The position numbers and the translations under genes were made by a program. DNA of 64,000 bases from Candidatus Fermentibacterota bacterium (GTDB lineage: Bacteria; Fermentibacterota; Fermentibacteria; Fermentibacterales; JCC-6), in contig CAWJQI010000005.1 of the NCBI GenBank assembly GCA_963845085.1, positions 1 to 64,000 on the forward strand. Reading direction: 5' to 3'. Shown piece by piece: positions 37,284 to 47,759 of this stretch (position 1 is its first letter; each line of letters begins with the position of its first letter). Under the pieces are notes generated by a model that was not told where the DNA came from, searched no databases, and was given only the letters and a program-made list of their open reading frames with translations.

Positions 37284-37831
37284 TTCTTCCTCTCTTCCGT
37301 TTCTCTGATTACCTGAGCTGTATATACAAAAATCTCTGTTCCATCGTGCTTCCAGGAGTCAGCGGGAATCCCCGCCTTGAGGCATGCGTGGGAAAGAAAG
37401 GTTTCCCGGTCCCATCCCTCTTCCGATGCGACCTGTGGAAGCAGTGTGCCCGCCCTGTTCCCCCTTTTGACGTAGACTCCGTGAACACCGGGAATAACAT
37501 CCCCGGCGGCCGATGCCGTCATTGGAGAGAGAAGCGAGATCTCGATCGTGAGGCCGTCTACCTCGGATGGACGGACCGGGCTGAAGCGGGGGTCACCCAC
37601 GGCGGCCTGTACTGCCATGTCCCGGATGGTTTCACCCAGTGCGCCTGTGCCCCTGAAACTGCCTATGCATCCCCGAAGCCTTCCATTCGATTTCAATGTT
37701 ACGAAGGCGCCAAGGCGAAGAGCGAACACGCCCTCAGCAGCCGGTGCGGGAAATCGTTCTCCACCTGCAGCCCCTCTCACCGTGTTCCTGGCGAGATCCA
37801 GAAGAAGCTTCGCGTCACTGCCGCTGATCAT
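37280..37831 (-). CDS. amrA: AMMECR1-family protein (AmmeMemoRadiSam protein A)
   Basis: GAFVTL, LRGCIG, DPRF, EISLLSP, LLPQVA, CLKAG. ATGA overlap with the MEMO gene. Confidence 0.9.
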   Translation of the reverse strand: MISGSDAKLLLDLARNTVRGAAGGERFPAPAAEGVFALRLGAFVTLKSNGRLRGCIGSFRGTGALGETIRDMAVQAAVGDPRFSPVRPSEVDGLTIEISLLSPMTASAAGDVIPGVHGVYVKRGNRAGTLLPQVASEEGWDRETFLSHACLKAGIPADSWKHDGTEIFVYTAQVIRETEERKK

Positions 37832-38628
37832 GGTTTCGGGCCTCCGCCAAGTATCATTCCCGAAAAGTAGCCGACAACCTGGCTGTCTCCTGCGCCCGCG
37901 TCGGCCGAGGTCGAGTAGTGGATCTCGACGGCGGTCTTGCCGCCTGAGAGCGCGGCAAAATGAAGCAGAGTGAGCATGGCCGCCCTGCCGCAAGCCTCAG
38001 CGCCCCGTGAGAGAGCCCTTATCATGGAATCCGGAGACAGGGTCATGAACGCATCCCTCACCAGCGAATCAAGCTGCAGCGCGGTTTTCAACCCGTGGTA
38101 ATGGGAGAGGTCGCTGCTTGCGATGAAGAAGGCATCGGGCGCCTCGTCGTGAAGCGTTTGCGCCAGGTCCGAAAGGTAGGAGGGGTCGTCAGAGACGGTG
38201 ATCACAGGGATCACAAGGGCCTCCGGCCACTTCGAATGCAGGAAGGGAAGCTGAACCTCAATGCTGTGTTCAGCCATGAAAGCGCATCCAAGCCCCCGCC
38301 TGCGGAGCCTCATCGTTGCATCACCGTCGATCCTGACCTGTCCGAGGGGGGTATTGAAAGCCCCGGCGTCAAGCAGAACGGCGCCCCTCACGAATGCCCT
38401 GTGGCTGGGAGCACACAGTATAACCCGGGATGCGTTCCGGGGAGCCCTGGCGTACGCCCTGCCTGCGGTCAGGCCGGAGTAAACCATCCCCGCGTGCGGC
38501 ACCACCATGCCCACTGCGTCTTCGAAGGGGTCTGCAGCCTCCATCAGGCGCGAAAGCAGAGTCAAAAGCTCCGAGGGGTCGGATGGATAGAAGCTGCCCG
38601 CGAAGGACGGCTCAAGTACGCTCCCCAA
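37828..38628 (-). CDS. amrB: MEMO1-family protein (AmmeMemoRadiSam protein B)
   Basis: AGSFYP, PHAGMVYSG, EHSIEVQLPFL, ASSDLSHY, ACG, VVGY. Confidence 0.9.
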   Translation of the reverse strand: MGSVLEPSFAGSFYPSDPSELLTLLSRLMEAADPFEDAVGMVVPHAGMVYSGLTAGRAYARAPRNASRVILCAPSHRAFVRGAVLLDAGAFNTPLGQVRIDGDATMRLRRRGLGCAFMAEHSIEVQLPFLHSKWPEALVIPVITVSDDPSYLSDLAQTLHDEAPDAFFIASSDLSHYHGLKTALQLDSLVRDAFMTLSPDSMIRALSRGAEACGRAAMLTLLHFAALSGGKTAVEIHYSTSADAGAGDSQVVGYFSGMILGGGPKP

Positions 38629-39316
38629 ACATGTCCTCCATTCCGAAAAGACCCGGTGGCCTGCCGGAAAGGAACCGGGCCGCCCTCAGCGCACCGAGTG
38701 CAAAAACCCGTCTGTCCGTTGCGATGTGCGTCATGCAGAGGCGCTCACCCTGCCCGAGCAGATGGACCTGATGTTCACCGTGCACATCTCCACCCCTGAG
38801 GGAATGCACCCCGATCTCCCCGCCGGGCCGAACACCCGTGTTCCCCGATCTGCCGAAAACCCTGGTCTCGGGCATTCCGTCGAGAAGCAGGAGGGCGGTG
38901 CCGCTGGGGCTGTCCGCCTTGTTCCTGTGGTGGATCTCAACCAGCTCCATGTCGAATCCGGCTCCGAGCATGGCCCTTGCCTGCCTGACCAGCCGGTTCA
39001 ACACGAAAACCCCTGTGCTCATGTTGGAGCTGTAGAACACGGGCCTTTCGAGCGACCATTGTTCGATCAGGGACCAGTGGCGTTCGCCGAGCCCCGTCGT
39101 TCCGCTCACCAGAGCCGCCCTGGAACCTCCGAGAAGGATGTTGAGGTCATCCCAGGCACCGGGTGTGCTGAAATCGATCAACACCTCGGTTTCGGGGGGC
39201 AGCACAAGTTCGGAACCCCGATCTATCTGCGCGGTGATCTCAATGGACTGCGCGGAAGCTTCGTGAATGAGTATCCGACCCATCCGTCCCGTCGCTCCGA
39301 AAACCGCGCACTTCAT
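38612..39316 (-). CDS. dapB: 4-hydroxy-tetrahydrodipicolinate reductase
   Basis: GATGRMG, IDFS, SGTTG, EIHHRNKADSPSGTA, SLRGGDVHGEH. Confidence 0.95.
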   Translation of the reverse strand: MKCAVFGATGRMGRILIHEASAQSIEITAQIDRGSELVLPPETEVLIDFSTPGAWDDLNILLGGSRAALVSGTTGLGERHWSLIEQWSLERPVFYSSNMSTGVFVLNRLVRQARAMLGAGFDMELVEIHHRNKADSPSGTALLLLDGMPETRVFGRSGNTGVRPGGEIGVHSLRGGDVHGEHQVHLLGQGERLCMTHIATDRRVFALGALRAARFLSGRPPGLFGMEDMFGERT

Positions 39317-40191
39317 GAAAGTATGCCGGCCCCCCTCATTGCCTCGCGAAGGATTTCCACACCGGCATCCCCCATTCCGACAAGTGGAAGGCGCAAAGAC
39401 GGGTCGGGGAATATCCCCATCATGTGCAGGGCCATCTTCAGAGGTCCGGGGCTTGTCTCGATGAAGAGCGCCCTGAAGAGCGGGAACAGCCGTTCGTGTA
39501 TCTTCCTTGCAGGCTGTACGTTGCCTGAAAGCCCCTGCCGGATCATTTCGCTCATGGCCGCCGGCGCCACATTCGATGTGACAGAGACAACGCCGTCCGC
39601 GCCCATGAAGACCTGCGGAAGGGCAAGATGGTCGTCACCGGAAAATACTTTTATTCCGCAGGCGCGCCGTATCTCGGTCACCCTCTCAACGCTTCCGGCT
39701 GCGTCCTTGAGGGCCGTGATGTTTGGGTGGAGGCTGAGGGCTGCCACGGTTTCGACCGTCATGCAAATGCCTGTTCTTCCGGGAACGTTGTAGATCATCA
39801 CCGGACGATCCGATGCATCGGCGGCGGCTGTGAAGTGGGCGATCTGCCCTGCCGGGGTTGGTTTGTTGTAGTAGGGGGTTATGACGAGCACTCCGTCGAT
39901 TCCTGTTCGAAGGGCCTGCCTGGTGAACCTGACCGTGGATTCAGTGCAGTTCGTGCCGGTGCCGCCAAGCACGGGAACCGCGCCGGCTGCCTGATCGACC
40001 ACGGTTTCCATGACCGAAAGCCGCTCGGCCTCGCTCATGGTCGCAGGCTCGCCGGTGCAGCCGCACGCGAGGAGACCCTCCACGCCGTTCTCCATCTGAT
40101 GCGCAACAAGCCGGCGAAGGGCCCCCAGGTCGGGGGCCCCGTTCGCAAATGGGGTGGCGAGGGCGGTGATCGTTCCCCGAAGGGTCATCAC
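39313..40191 (-). CDS. dapA: 4-hydroxy-tetrahydrodipicolinate synthase
   Basis: [35 protein letters not shown]. Confidence 0.95.
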   Translation of the reverse strand: MMTLRGTITALATPFANGAPDLGALRRLVAHQMENGVEGLLACGCTGEPATMSEAERLSVMETVVDQAAGAVPVLGGTGTNCTESTVRFTRQALRTGIDGVLVITPYYNKPTPAGQIAHFTAAADASDRPVMIYNVPGRTGICMTVETVAALSLHPNITALKDAAGSVERVTEIRRACGIKVFSGDDHLALPQVFMGADGVVSVTSNVAPAAMSEMIRQGLSGNVQPARKIHERLFPLFRALFIETSPGPLKMALHMMGIFPDPSLRLPLVGMGDAGVEILREAMRGAGILS

Positions 40192-40946
40192 TGCTTGTCC
40201 CGTTTGGCGATCATGTCCATGAATGGTTTCATGAGTTCGATAGGGATCGGGAAGGCGATCGTCGAATTGTTCTCGACAGCGATCTCGCCGAGCGTCTGCA
40301 GGTATCTGAGCTGAAGGGCCACAGGGTGCTGTTCAATTACAACCGCGGCCTCGCTGAGCTTCTTGGAGGCCTGGAATTCGGCGTCGGCGCGAATGATCTT
40401 GGAACGACGGTCCCTCTCGGCCTCGGCTTCCTTGGCCATGACCCGCTGCATCTCTACAGGAAGGTCGACATGCTTGACCTCGACCGCTGTGACCTTGATG
40501 CCCCACGGGTCGGTCGCACGGTCGAGAATATCCTGCAGCTTGGCATTGATCTCGTCGCGCTCGGCGAGGAGCTGGTCAAGCGTGGTTTCGCCGAGAACGC
40601 TTCTGAGGGTGGTCTGGGCGAGCTGGTTGGTGGCGTACATGTAGTTGGTCACTTCGAGGACGGCCCGTTTGGGGTCCATGACCTTGTAGTAGGCGACTGC
40701 GTTCACCTTCACGCTGACGTTGTCACGGGTGATGATGTCCTGCGGGGGCACGTCCATCGTGATGATCCGGAGATCGACCTTCTTCAGCACATCGATGATC
40801 GGGTACACAAGAACGAGCCCCGGTCCCTTGAGGCCGATGACCTTGCCCAGCCGGAACACAACGCCCCTCTGGTATTCCTTGAGAACCCTGAGGGAGATCA
40901 GGATGAAGAATCCAATAATTCCGAGTGGAATGCAGATCGCGCCCAT
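40188..40946 (-). CDS. SPFH/stomatin (slipin) family protein
   Basis: [43 protein letters not shown]. Confidence 0.93.
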   Translation of the reverse strand: MGAICIPLGIIGFFILISLRVLKEYQRGVVFRLGKVIGLKGPGLVLVYPIIDVLKKVDLRIITMDVPPQDIITRDNVSVKVNAVAYYKVMDPKRAVLEVTNYMYATNQLAQTTLRSVLGETTLDQLLAERDEINAKLQDILDRATDPWGIKVTAVEVKHVDLPVEMQRVMAKEAEAERDRRSKIIRADAEFQASKKLSEAAVVIEQHPVALQLRYLQTLGEIAVENNSTIAFPIPIELMKPFMDMIAKRDKQ

Positions 40947-40948
40947 GT

Positions 40949-41251
40949 TCAGTTTCCTTTCTGCTTGCAGGGTTCAACTATGAGAACGGGATCGTTCGGA
41001 TCGTGCGAGACAACCCTTGCTTCCTGACCCGGGGACAGGGGCGAATCGGAACGGCACCACCAGAGTTCTCCCCGAACCTCCATGACCTGTCTGCCCCTGA
41101 AACCCGGATATCGCTTCACAACACCGCACTCCCCCACCATGCCTTCATAGCCGGTGGCCAGGGGTTTCTTCTGTGCCTTCAGCCCGACGATCACCAGAAA
41201 AACGATGATCAGGGCAACGGTTGCGGCCATCAATGCAAATTCGATGTTCAT
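40949..41251 (-). CDS. Short NfeD-like protein (TM plus OB fold)
   Basis: [14 protein letters not shown]; adjacent to the stomatin gene. Confidence 0.8.
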   Translation of the reverse strand: MNIEFALMAATVALIIVFLVIVGLKAQKKPLATGYEGMVGECGVVKRYPGFRGRQVMEVRGELWWCRSDSPLSPGQEARVVSHDPNDPVLIVEPCKQKGN

Positions 41252-42357
41252 TCCACCCTCCAATCGTCCGCCGACTCCACTCCTTTAATCCTGAGCATGA
41301 GACCCGTGGGATTGGTGGCTGCGGCGAGCGCTGTTTCCTGGTCGATCGCCCCCTCCGAGAGAAGCCTGTAGAGGGCCATGTCGAATGTCTGCATCCCGTA
41401 CTGCCTGCCGCTCTGTTCCATGGTTTCGTGGATGAGGTAGGTCTTCTCGGGATCGGATATGCAGTTCATGATCGTGGATGTGTGCATCATGATCTCGCAG
41501 GCCAGCACCCTTTCACCCGAACCGTCGGATCTGGGCAGCAACCTCTGGCAGATCACGGCCCTCAAAAGACCTCCGAGCTGGATGCGCACCTGCTTCTGCT
41601 GATGGGAGGGAAACATGTCTATGATCCTGATTATCGTTTCCACGGCGTCGGTGGTGTGAAGCGTGCTCATCACGAGATGCCCTGTTTCAGCGCCCGTAAG
41701 GGCAATGAGGGCGGTTTCGGCGTCGCGCATCTCGCCGATGAGTATCACATCGGGGTCCTGTCGGAAAACCGACTTCAGGGCATTTGCCCACCCCCCGGTG
41801 TCGATCCCGATCTCCCTCTGACAGATGCTTGAATTCCTGTCGGAATGAAGGAACTCGATCGGGTCTTCGATGGTGACGATGTGCGCCTTGCGGTTCTCGT
41901 TGATGTGCCTGATCATGGCGGCCAGCGTGGTCGACTTCCCGCTTCCTGTAGCACCGGTGACCAGGACAAGGCCCCTCTGGGTCATGGCGATATCCTTCAC
42001 AGCCGAGGGAAGGCCGAGGTTGGCAATGTCGGGGACGCTGAAGGGTATCTTGCGCATGACCACGGCCGGCGTACCCCTCTGGTGGAAGATGTTCACCCTG
42101 AACCTTGCCTTCCCTCCGAGGCTGTAGGCAAGGTCGATCTCGTTTCCTTCATTGAGCGAACTGATCTGCTTTTCGCTTGCGATCTCGGCGATTATCCGCT
42201 GTACGTGCTCGGCGCCCAGGACCGGAAAGCCCTCGGAATGGACTATGAGGCCGGATTTTCTCACCACTGGCGGCGAACCGGCCTTGAAATGAATGTCGCT
42301 TACCTGATCATCGACCAGGGCATCAAGTATCTGATCAATCGCCTTTTCGCGGACCAT
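41248..42357 (-). CDS. pilT: PilT/PilU-family type IV pilus retraction ATPase
   Basis: VSDIH, RFRVNIF, GATGSGKSTT, TIEDPIE, RQDPDVILIGEMRD, AETGHLVMSTLHT, GMQTFD. Confidence 0.9.
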   Translation of the reverse strand: MVREKAIDQILDALVDDQVSDIHFKAGSPPVVRKSGLIVHSEGFPVLGAEHVQRIIAEIASEKQISSLNEGNEIDLAYSLGGKARFRVNIFHQRGTPAVVMRKIPFSVPDIANLGLPSAVKDIAMTQRGLVLVTGATGSGKSTTLAAMIRHINENRKAHIVTIEDPIEFLHSDRNSSICQREIGIDTGGWANALKSVFRQDPDVILIGEMRDAETALIALTGAETGHLVMSTLHTTDAVETIIRIIDMFPSHQQKQVRIQLGGLLRAVICQRLLPRSDGSGERVLACEIMMHTSTIMNCISDPEKTYLIHETMEQSGRQYGMQTFDMALYRLLSEGAIDQETALAAATNPTGLMLRIKGVESADDWRVE

Positions 42358-42922
42358 ACAACCCCTTTTCCCGTATATATGACCTTACCCCTTCCCTTAC
42401 AAGGTACCTCAGGCTCATCCCCTCAGACACCTTTCTCCGAATGGCCGAAGAGGAAAGGCACACCCCCGGAAAGTCGAACAGGTGCACGGACGCGAGCAGT
42501 GCGGGATCGACTTCCAGTGTCGAAAAGCCGGGTCTCGTGCCCACCACAACGCTGGCCCGGTCGAGAATGGACAGGGGTTCACGCCAGAAAGGCATTTCCA
42601 GAAGACTGTCGAGCCCGAGGATCAGGCAGGGCTTGCCTCCGAACATTCCGGAAAGCCTGTCCACGAGGTTAACGGTATATGACGGTCCCTCGGCGGGCTC
42701 AACGTCAAGTATTGAAAAACGCCGGTCCCCGCTCAGCGAGAGACGCAGCATTTCAAGGCGGTGATGGACGTCGGAAACGGCGGATCCACCCTTGTGCGGG
42801 GGGTTGCGCGAGGGAATGAAATGAACGTGTCCGAGTCCGAAACGTTCCAGGGCTTCCTGGGCCAGAACAAGATGCCCGAAGTGGGGCGGATCGAAGGTCC
42901 CTCCCAGAAAGCCATCTTTCAT
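42335..42922 (-). CDS. nadD: Nicotinate-nucleotide adenylyltransferase
   Basis: GGTFDPPHFGH, PPHK, PSYT, ILGLD, LSSSAIR. Confidence 0.93.
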   Translation of the reverse strand: MKDGFLGGTFDPPHFGHLVLAQEALERFGLGHVHFIPSRNPPHKGGSAVSDVHHRLEMLRLSLSGDRRFSILDVEPAEGPSYTVNLVDRLSGMFGGKPCLILGLDSLLEMPFWREPLSILDRASVVVGTRPGFSTLEVDPALLASVHLFDFPGVCLSSSAIRRKVSEGMSLRYLVREGVRSYIREKGLYGPRKGD

Positions 42923-43662
42923 TGCTCCTCCGAGAGGCGCTCCTCCACCCTGACCAGCTGGGCGGGGGTGAGTTCGCATTCATCCCTCGCCCTGCGGTAG
43001 TAGCTGTTTGCCGAGTAATCGTTTCCCTGCGCAAGATAGGCGTCGCCTATCGTGATCAGGATTTCCGCCCTGCAGGTTGCGCTCGCGTAGTCGTCAAGAG
43101 CTTCCCGGAGGTAAAGGATGGCCGCGTCGGGCCTGTCGCGTCGAAGGTAGAATCGGCCCGTATCGAGTGCGCGCAGCGCAAGGTGTTCGTCAATGACCCC
43201 CAGAAGCTCCTGTGCTTCTCCCATGAGTTCCGAGCCGGGGTATCGGCTCATGAAGGCCTCGACCTCTTCAAGGGCACGCAGCACCGGGCCGGGGTCTCTC
43301 CTGTGGTCACGGCGCTGTCGCCAGAGGGTTTCTGCAAGGGAAAGCTGGGCGTCATCGGCCCATGCGCTCCTGGGAAACTCGTTCACCACCCTGTAGAGAT
43401 TGAACTCGGCGTCGGCCCACAACCGCTGCTCGGCTGCGCAGAGGGCGCCGCGGTAGAGGAAGTAATCGTAGAGCTCGTCGCCCGGGAAACGGAACTGGAG
43501 CTCGGTGTAGATCAGCGACGCTTCGGACCAGGAGCCTGCGTCGAACCTGCCGTCGGCGAGCTCTACTATCTCCTCCCGGGACAGGTTCGTGGTGGAGAGC
43601 GATGTTCCGCAGGCGTTCATCAACAGCGCTGCGGCGACGGCAAGCAAAGGAAGTCTGTTCAT
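42919..43662 (-). CDS. bamD: Outer membrane assembly lipoprotein BamD
   Basis: Lipobox LMNAC, TPR helices, FPRSAWADDAQ, YPGS, GRFYLRR. Confidence 0.8.
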   Translation of the reverse strand: MNRLPLLAVAAALLMNACGTSLSTTNLSREEIVELADGRFDAGSWSEASLIYTELQFRFPGDELYDYFLYRGALCAAEQRLWADAEFNLYRVVNEFPRSAWADDAQLSLAETLWRQRRDHRRDPGPVLRALEEVEAFMSRYPGSELMGEAQELLGVIDEHLALRALDTGRFYLRRDRPDAAILYLREALDDYASATCRAEILITIGDAYLAQGNDYSANSYYRRARDECELTPAQLVRVEERLSEEQ

Positions 43663-43669
43663 TCCACTC

Positions 43670-44674
43670 CTATGGGGTGAGGAAATACCTCAGGGAATCC
43701 CGGCGTGCGGCTGCAGTTATGGCGGACGAGGAGGTGAGCCCGGGTGATACCTGGCACGCACGGGTGTACCAGGAAAGGGCTGTCTGTGGATCGCCCGCGC
43801 CCTGGGCCATCTCGCCCAGCAGCAGAGCTGCATCCACCCTGACGCCGGTGAAACTGGAGTTCCAGACCTCGGTCAGCCTCTCCCTCGCCAGGGCAATCTG
43901 ACCGTTCTCAAGGTCGTTTCTGGCGGAACGGAGAAGAAGCTCCATCCTTCGGTGCCTCCAACCCGGATCTATCTCGCCCAGCCTGTCAAGCTCGGTCAGG
44001 ACCTCCAATTCATCTTCCCAGCGCTCAGGGACGTGCTGGATCAGCATCGCCCGGGCTTCGAGGCGCGGGGTTCGAAGGTCCGTCCTCACGAGGGGTATCC
44101 TGTCGAGTTCTACAAGATGGATCTCGGCACTGTACGCGAGGATGCTGTCTTCCGTGGGGGTTCCGACAAGTGAGTCAGGGACCATCGCCACCGTGGAGAG
44201 ATGCCAGGAGGCGAAGGCGCCCCTGAGAAGCCATTCCTCCTCGAAAACCTCGGCGAGTTCGGGGCAGCAGGCAACGGCCTGGCCGAATGCCGAGTAAGCC
44301 TGGAGGGAATCGGAATCCCTCGCCATCTCCCATCCCAGCCGTCGCCAGAGTTCACCGATCTCCCTGCCCGAGACCTCGCCGGGCGAATCAGTGAGTACCT
44401 GGAGGGTTTCAAGGGCCTTCTGCCTTGCCGCCCTGTCACGGCCGGCCTGGGCGGCGAGAACCGCTGTTTCAACGATCTCGAGCTGAAGTGCTGCATCGTA
44501 CTCGGGAAGCAGGGCGGCGGCTTCCTCATAGAATACGAGAGCCTGTTCGTACTGACCGGAAGTCATGAGATTTCTGGCCTGTTCAAGCAGGTTCTCACTC
44601 TCCTTCGAGGCGCCGGTGTCACATCCCGTCGCAGGAAGAAGCAGCAACAGAAACAGAAGAAAGTTTCGCATCAA
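43670..44674 (-). CDS. TPR-repeat lipoprotein
   Basis: Lipobox ATGC; TPR-like helices. Confidence 0.7.
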   Translation of the reverse strand: MMRNFLLFLLLLLPATGCDTGASKESENLLEQARNLMTSGQYEQALVFYEEAAALLPEYDAALQLEIVETAVLAAQAGRDRAARQKALETLQVLTDSPGEVSGREIGELWRRLGWEMARDSDSLQAYSAFGQAVACCPELAEVFEEEWLLRGAFASWHLSTVAMVPDSLVGTPTEDSILAYSAEIHLVELDRIPLVRTDLRTPRLEARAMLIQHVPERWEDELEVLTELDRLGEIDPGWRHRRMELLLRSARNDLENGQIALARERLTEVWNSSFTGVRVDAALLLGEMAQGAGDPQTALSWYTRACQVSPGLTSSSAITAAARRDSLRYFLTP

Positions 44675-45255
44675 TCCGCCCGGCTTGAATAGAACAGGTA
44701 AATGAGTGCCGCAACCACGCCGGTCACGACTATCGGTTCAAGAACCTTGTTGCCCGACCCGGTTGGAAGGACATCGTTGACCCAGGTTTCGGTTCGGTGC
44801 TCGAAAAGGGGGGCATCGCCGGGTGATACCGTGTCCTGGATCAGCCCCTCGGTTCTCCAGGTTTCAGCAACCACTCCGTTCTCATCGACCAGCGATGACG
44901 AAATGCTGCAGACCGCGGATCTGCCCATGCGCCTTCCCCCGAGGAACCATGACCTCTCGACGGCTCCGTACACGACCCCGAGCTGCATGGGGCGCACGAT
45001 GAGCTGGCAGCCACCGGTTTCCGTTCTTCCGGAAACCACTCCTATGCCCTTCTCTGCGAGAAGATTCGTTATGGACTGCGAGAGAAGCCATCCCCCTTCA
45101 TGGGTGCCGTCGACGGTTATGAAAATGCTTTCGACACCGCGAAGCGCAATGGAATCGACCACGGGCTGAACAGCCTGGAAAACAGCCTCCTCGGTGATCT
45201 CAAGGTTTCCCTGAACCCCTGTGAGGGATGCTAGGACCAGCGCGAAGAACATCAT
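44671..45255 (-). CDS. Hypothetical exported protein with C-terminal membrane anchor
   Basis: N-terminal hydrophobic segment; ends LEPIVVTGVVAALIYLFYSSR. Confidence 0.7.
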   Translation of the reverse strand: MMFFALVLASLTGVQGNLEITEEAVFQAVQPVVDSIALRGVESIFITVDGTHEGGWLLSQSITNLLAEKGIGVVSGRTETGGCQLIVRPMQLGVVYGAVERSWFLGGRRMGRSAVCSISSSLVDENGVVAETWRTEGLIQDTVSPGDAPLFEHRTETWVNDVLPTGSGNKVLEPIVVTGVVAALIYLFYSSRAD

Positions 45256-45308
45256 TAGGATACCCTTCCTTCAGAGTGGAATGCCAGAGCCGTTTGGCGA
45301 ATATAGGT

Positions 45309-46553
45309 TCATTCCGCAGACTCGACTACCATTCCCGAGCTTGAGCCCTCGACCAGTCTGCACTCCATGATGGAGCCAGGCACGCAAGGCCTGGTGAAGG
45401 TGGCCTGCAGATCGGCTTCAGGAGCGTCGTAGCAGGAATGGCCAGTCAGCCGGGTGTCGGCCATGACCGGAAAGACCGAACCGGAAAGCCTGTCGATCCA
45501 TGAATGGTAGATCCCCTCCCCCAGCGATGAGAGGGCGAAGAGCCTCTGCCGCGCGATGTGTTCGGGCACTGAATCTTCCGCGCGTGCGGCTCTTGCGTAT
45601 TCCTCCGTCCCCTCTTCGGGCCACCAGGAAAAGGCCGCTATATGCCTCAGAGATGGCCATCTGCCCAGAAAATCCTCGAGACGGGAAAAATCCTCATCCG
45701 TCTCCCCGGGGTAACCGGTGATGACGGTGAACCTCACGGCCACAGGCCTTGAGAGACCCTCGATGGTGTCCATGATGCGGCTGAGCGTCTCCGGGCCGTA
45801 CCCGCGCCCCATCCTGCGAAGCACGGAAGGGGATGAATGCTGTATCGGCAGGTCGAGGTAGGGCGCCAGGTTCATCCGTGATTCGAAAAGCCCGGGAAGG
45901 TCGCGGGGAAAATGCGCGGGGTGAATGTAATAGAGCCTGAACCAGATGTCGGGGTGGCTGCGGGTGGCCTTTTCCAGCAGTTCCGCAAGCCCCGGATGTG
46001 CGCCGGTATCCTGGGCAACGATCCCGATCTCCCTTGCGCCCTGGCGAGCTACGTCGTCGATCGAATCAAGCACGGCCTTTGCCTCGTAGGGACGGAACGG
46101 CCCCCGGATCATCGGGATTGTGCAATAACTGCAGTTGTTTCCGCACCCCTCGGCGATCTTGACGAACCTGCACACTCCTCCGCCCGCCTGCCGGTGAGTT
46201 GCGGAAGCCGCCCCCAGCCACTCCGAAAACCTCGTCTGCTCACCCGGCTTCAGCACCAGATCGATTTCCTCGAGCCCGCCGCTGCCGTCGTCGGGGTAGC
46301 GTGCAGGCAGGCAGCCTGCGAGCACAACCTTCCTGTTTTCCCCGGCGGCCTTCCAGTCGAGCAGCTCGTTGAGCTTCTCAAGGCTTTCGTCCACGGCGGG
46401 CGAAATGAATGCACAGGTGTTCAGGATCAATAGATCAGCCCTCCCGGGATTCTTCACGCACCGCAGCCCGGCGTCGAGACAGACGCCGGCAAGAACCTCG
46501 GAATCGACCTGGTTCTTCGGACAGCCCAGAGTGATGACGTGGAAGCTCTTCAA
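45309..46553 (-). CDS. rimO: Ribosomal protein S12 methylthiotransferase
   Basis: LGCPKNQVDSE, NTCAFI, KIAEGCGNNCSYCTIP, AQDT, LDLPIQH, GYPGET, DAPE. Confidence 0.9.
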   Translation of the reverse strand: MKSFHVITLGCPKNQVDSEVLAGVCLDAGLRCVKNPGRADLLILNTCAFISPAVDESLEKLNELLDWKAAGENRKVVLAGCLPARYPDDGSGGLEEIDLVLKPGEQTRFSEWLGAASATHRQAGGGVCRFVKIAEGCGNNCSYCTIPMIRGPFRPYEAKAVLDSIDDVARQGAREIGIVAQDTGAHPGLAELLEKATRSHPDIWFRLYYIHPAHFPRDLPGLFESRMNLAPYLDLPIQHSSPSVLRRMGRGYGPETLSRIMDTIEGLSRPVAVRFTVITGYPGETDEDFSRLEDFLGRWPSLRHIAAFSWWPEEGTEEYARAARAEDSVPEHIARQRLFALSSLGEGIYHSWIDRLSGSVFPVMADTRLTGHSCYDAPEADLQATFTRPCVPGSIMECRLVEGSSSGMVVESAE

Positions 46554-47126
46554 TCAACGATCCCCGGAGACGGTTGTGTACCCGGCCGGCACCGTCATGC
46601 GGAAATATCCGGACGGGGGTTCACCGGCAGTTTCAAGGTCGCTCAGGCTCCAGACCGTGAGATTCCCATTGACATCGGATGTTGAAAAATAAAAAGGAAG
46701 TGAATCAGAGCGGTTGTACCTGACCTCCATCGATGAAATCCCGCCGCCGAGATCCCCTGTTACCGTCACGGCGACCTCGTCGCCGTTTGTGTGCTCTTCC
46801 GTGACCATCCCCTCATCGTCCGCACGCTCAAGAAGGTGGAGGAAACCCTCGGCGCCGGAATCTCCGTAGACGACGACCTCGCTGTAAAGGGGGTCGATAG
46901 TGTAGACCGAGCCTCCGTCGCAGCCTGTGACCCGCCCGGGCGGGGTGGAGTAGTCAAGCCTGAACAGATTGGGATGGGCGATACCCATGACACCGCGCGA
47001 GACCTCGGTCTCCCTGGTCAGGGCCCAGGTGTCGGTCTGAACGAAGGTTCCAGAGAGAAAACCCGTTTCCGAGAGCTTCAGTGTGAGGGGGTCAAGAAGA
47101 CTTGAAACAAGTGCAAGCCAGAACAT
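46554..47126 (-). CDS. lolA: Outer-membrane lipoprotein carrier LolA
   Basis: GTFVQ, PNLFRLDY, CDGGSVY; located downstream of ftsK. Confidence 0.75.
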   Translation of the reverse strand: MFWLALVSSLLDPLTLKLSETGFLSGTFVQTDTWALTRETEVSRGVMGIAHPNLFRLDYSTPPGRVTGCDGGSVYTIDPLYSEVVVYGDSGAEGFLHLLERADDEGMVTEEHTNGDEVAVTVTGDLGGGISSMEVRYNRSDSLPFYFSTSDVNGNLTVWSLSDLETAGEPPSGYFRMTVPAGYTTVSGDR

Positions 47127-47150
47127 GCATCAACCTCTCCGCAATGGGAA

Positions 47151-47759
47151 TCACTGTTCAAGAACAGCGTCGGTGCCTATGACCAGCATCACGCCGCCGC
47201 CTTCCGGAGCAACTGCATCTATAAGACCGCCGCCTCCCTGATGTTCCACGACGGTCGGGCGCTCAAGCCAGGTGCCGACGGAATCGGCGAGTACGGAGGC
47301 AGCATCTTCAAATCCCTGCCGGTGAAGGACCACGGTGACCTCCGGAGCCTGGGGATCGTATATCGTGTTCACCGTGCAACCGCTTGATTCGAGTCGGTCG
47401 GAAACCCATTCCATGACAGCTTCGCCCGCGGTCTGTCCAACAACGGTGACGGCCATCCCGTCGAGCGCACTCGGGACTCGGGCGCCGTCGGGCGCTGTCG
47501 CGCCGTTGCCCAGCTCGACGTCGATGCGCCTGACGGCAAGCCTTGCGTCATCGGCAAGCGGTGAGGAGGGGAACCTGTAGACCACGCCGTTGAACTCCTC
47601 GCGTGAGGCGGAAAGGCTGCCGCGGAAGTAGAGCTGGCCGGCTCTGGTGAACTGGCCCGCAGCGTTGTCTCCAAACGCCAGACCGTTCTCGTCGAGGCCT
47701 TCATTTCCACCGCCGCATGAAAGCACGGCCAGAAGAAGGCCGAGCAAAACACATCTCAT
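47151..47759 (-). CDS. Lipoprotein with TPR hairpin and possible LytR_C-like C-terminus
   Basis: Lipobox VLSC; FPSSPLADDA; ends VMLVIGTD. Confidence 0.6.
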   Translation of the reverse strand: MRCVLLGLLLAVLSCGGGNEGLDENGLAFGDNAAGQFTRAGQLYFRGSLSASREEFNGVVYRFPSSPLADDARLAVRRIDVELGNGATAPDGARVPSALDGMAVTVVGQTAGEAVMEWVSDRLESSGCTVNTIYDPQAPEVTVVLHRQGFEDAASVLADSVGTWLERPTVVEHQGGGGLIDAVAPEGGGVMLVIGTDAVLEQ

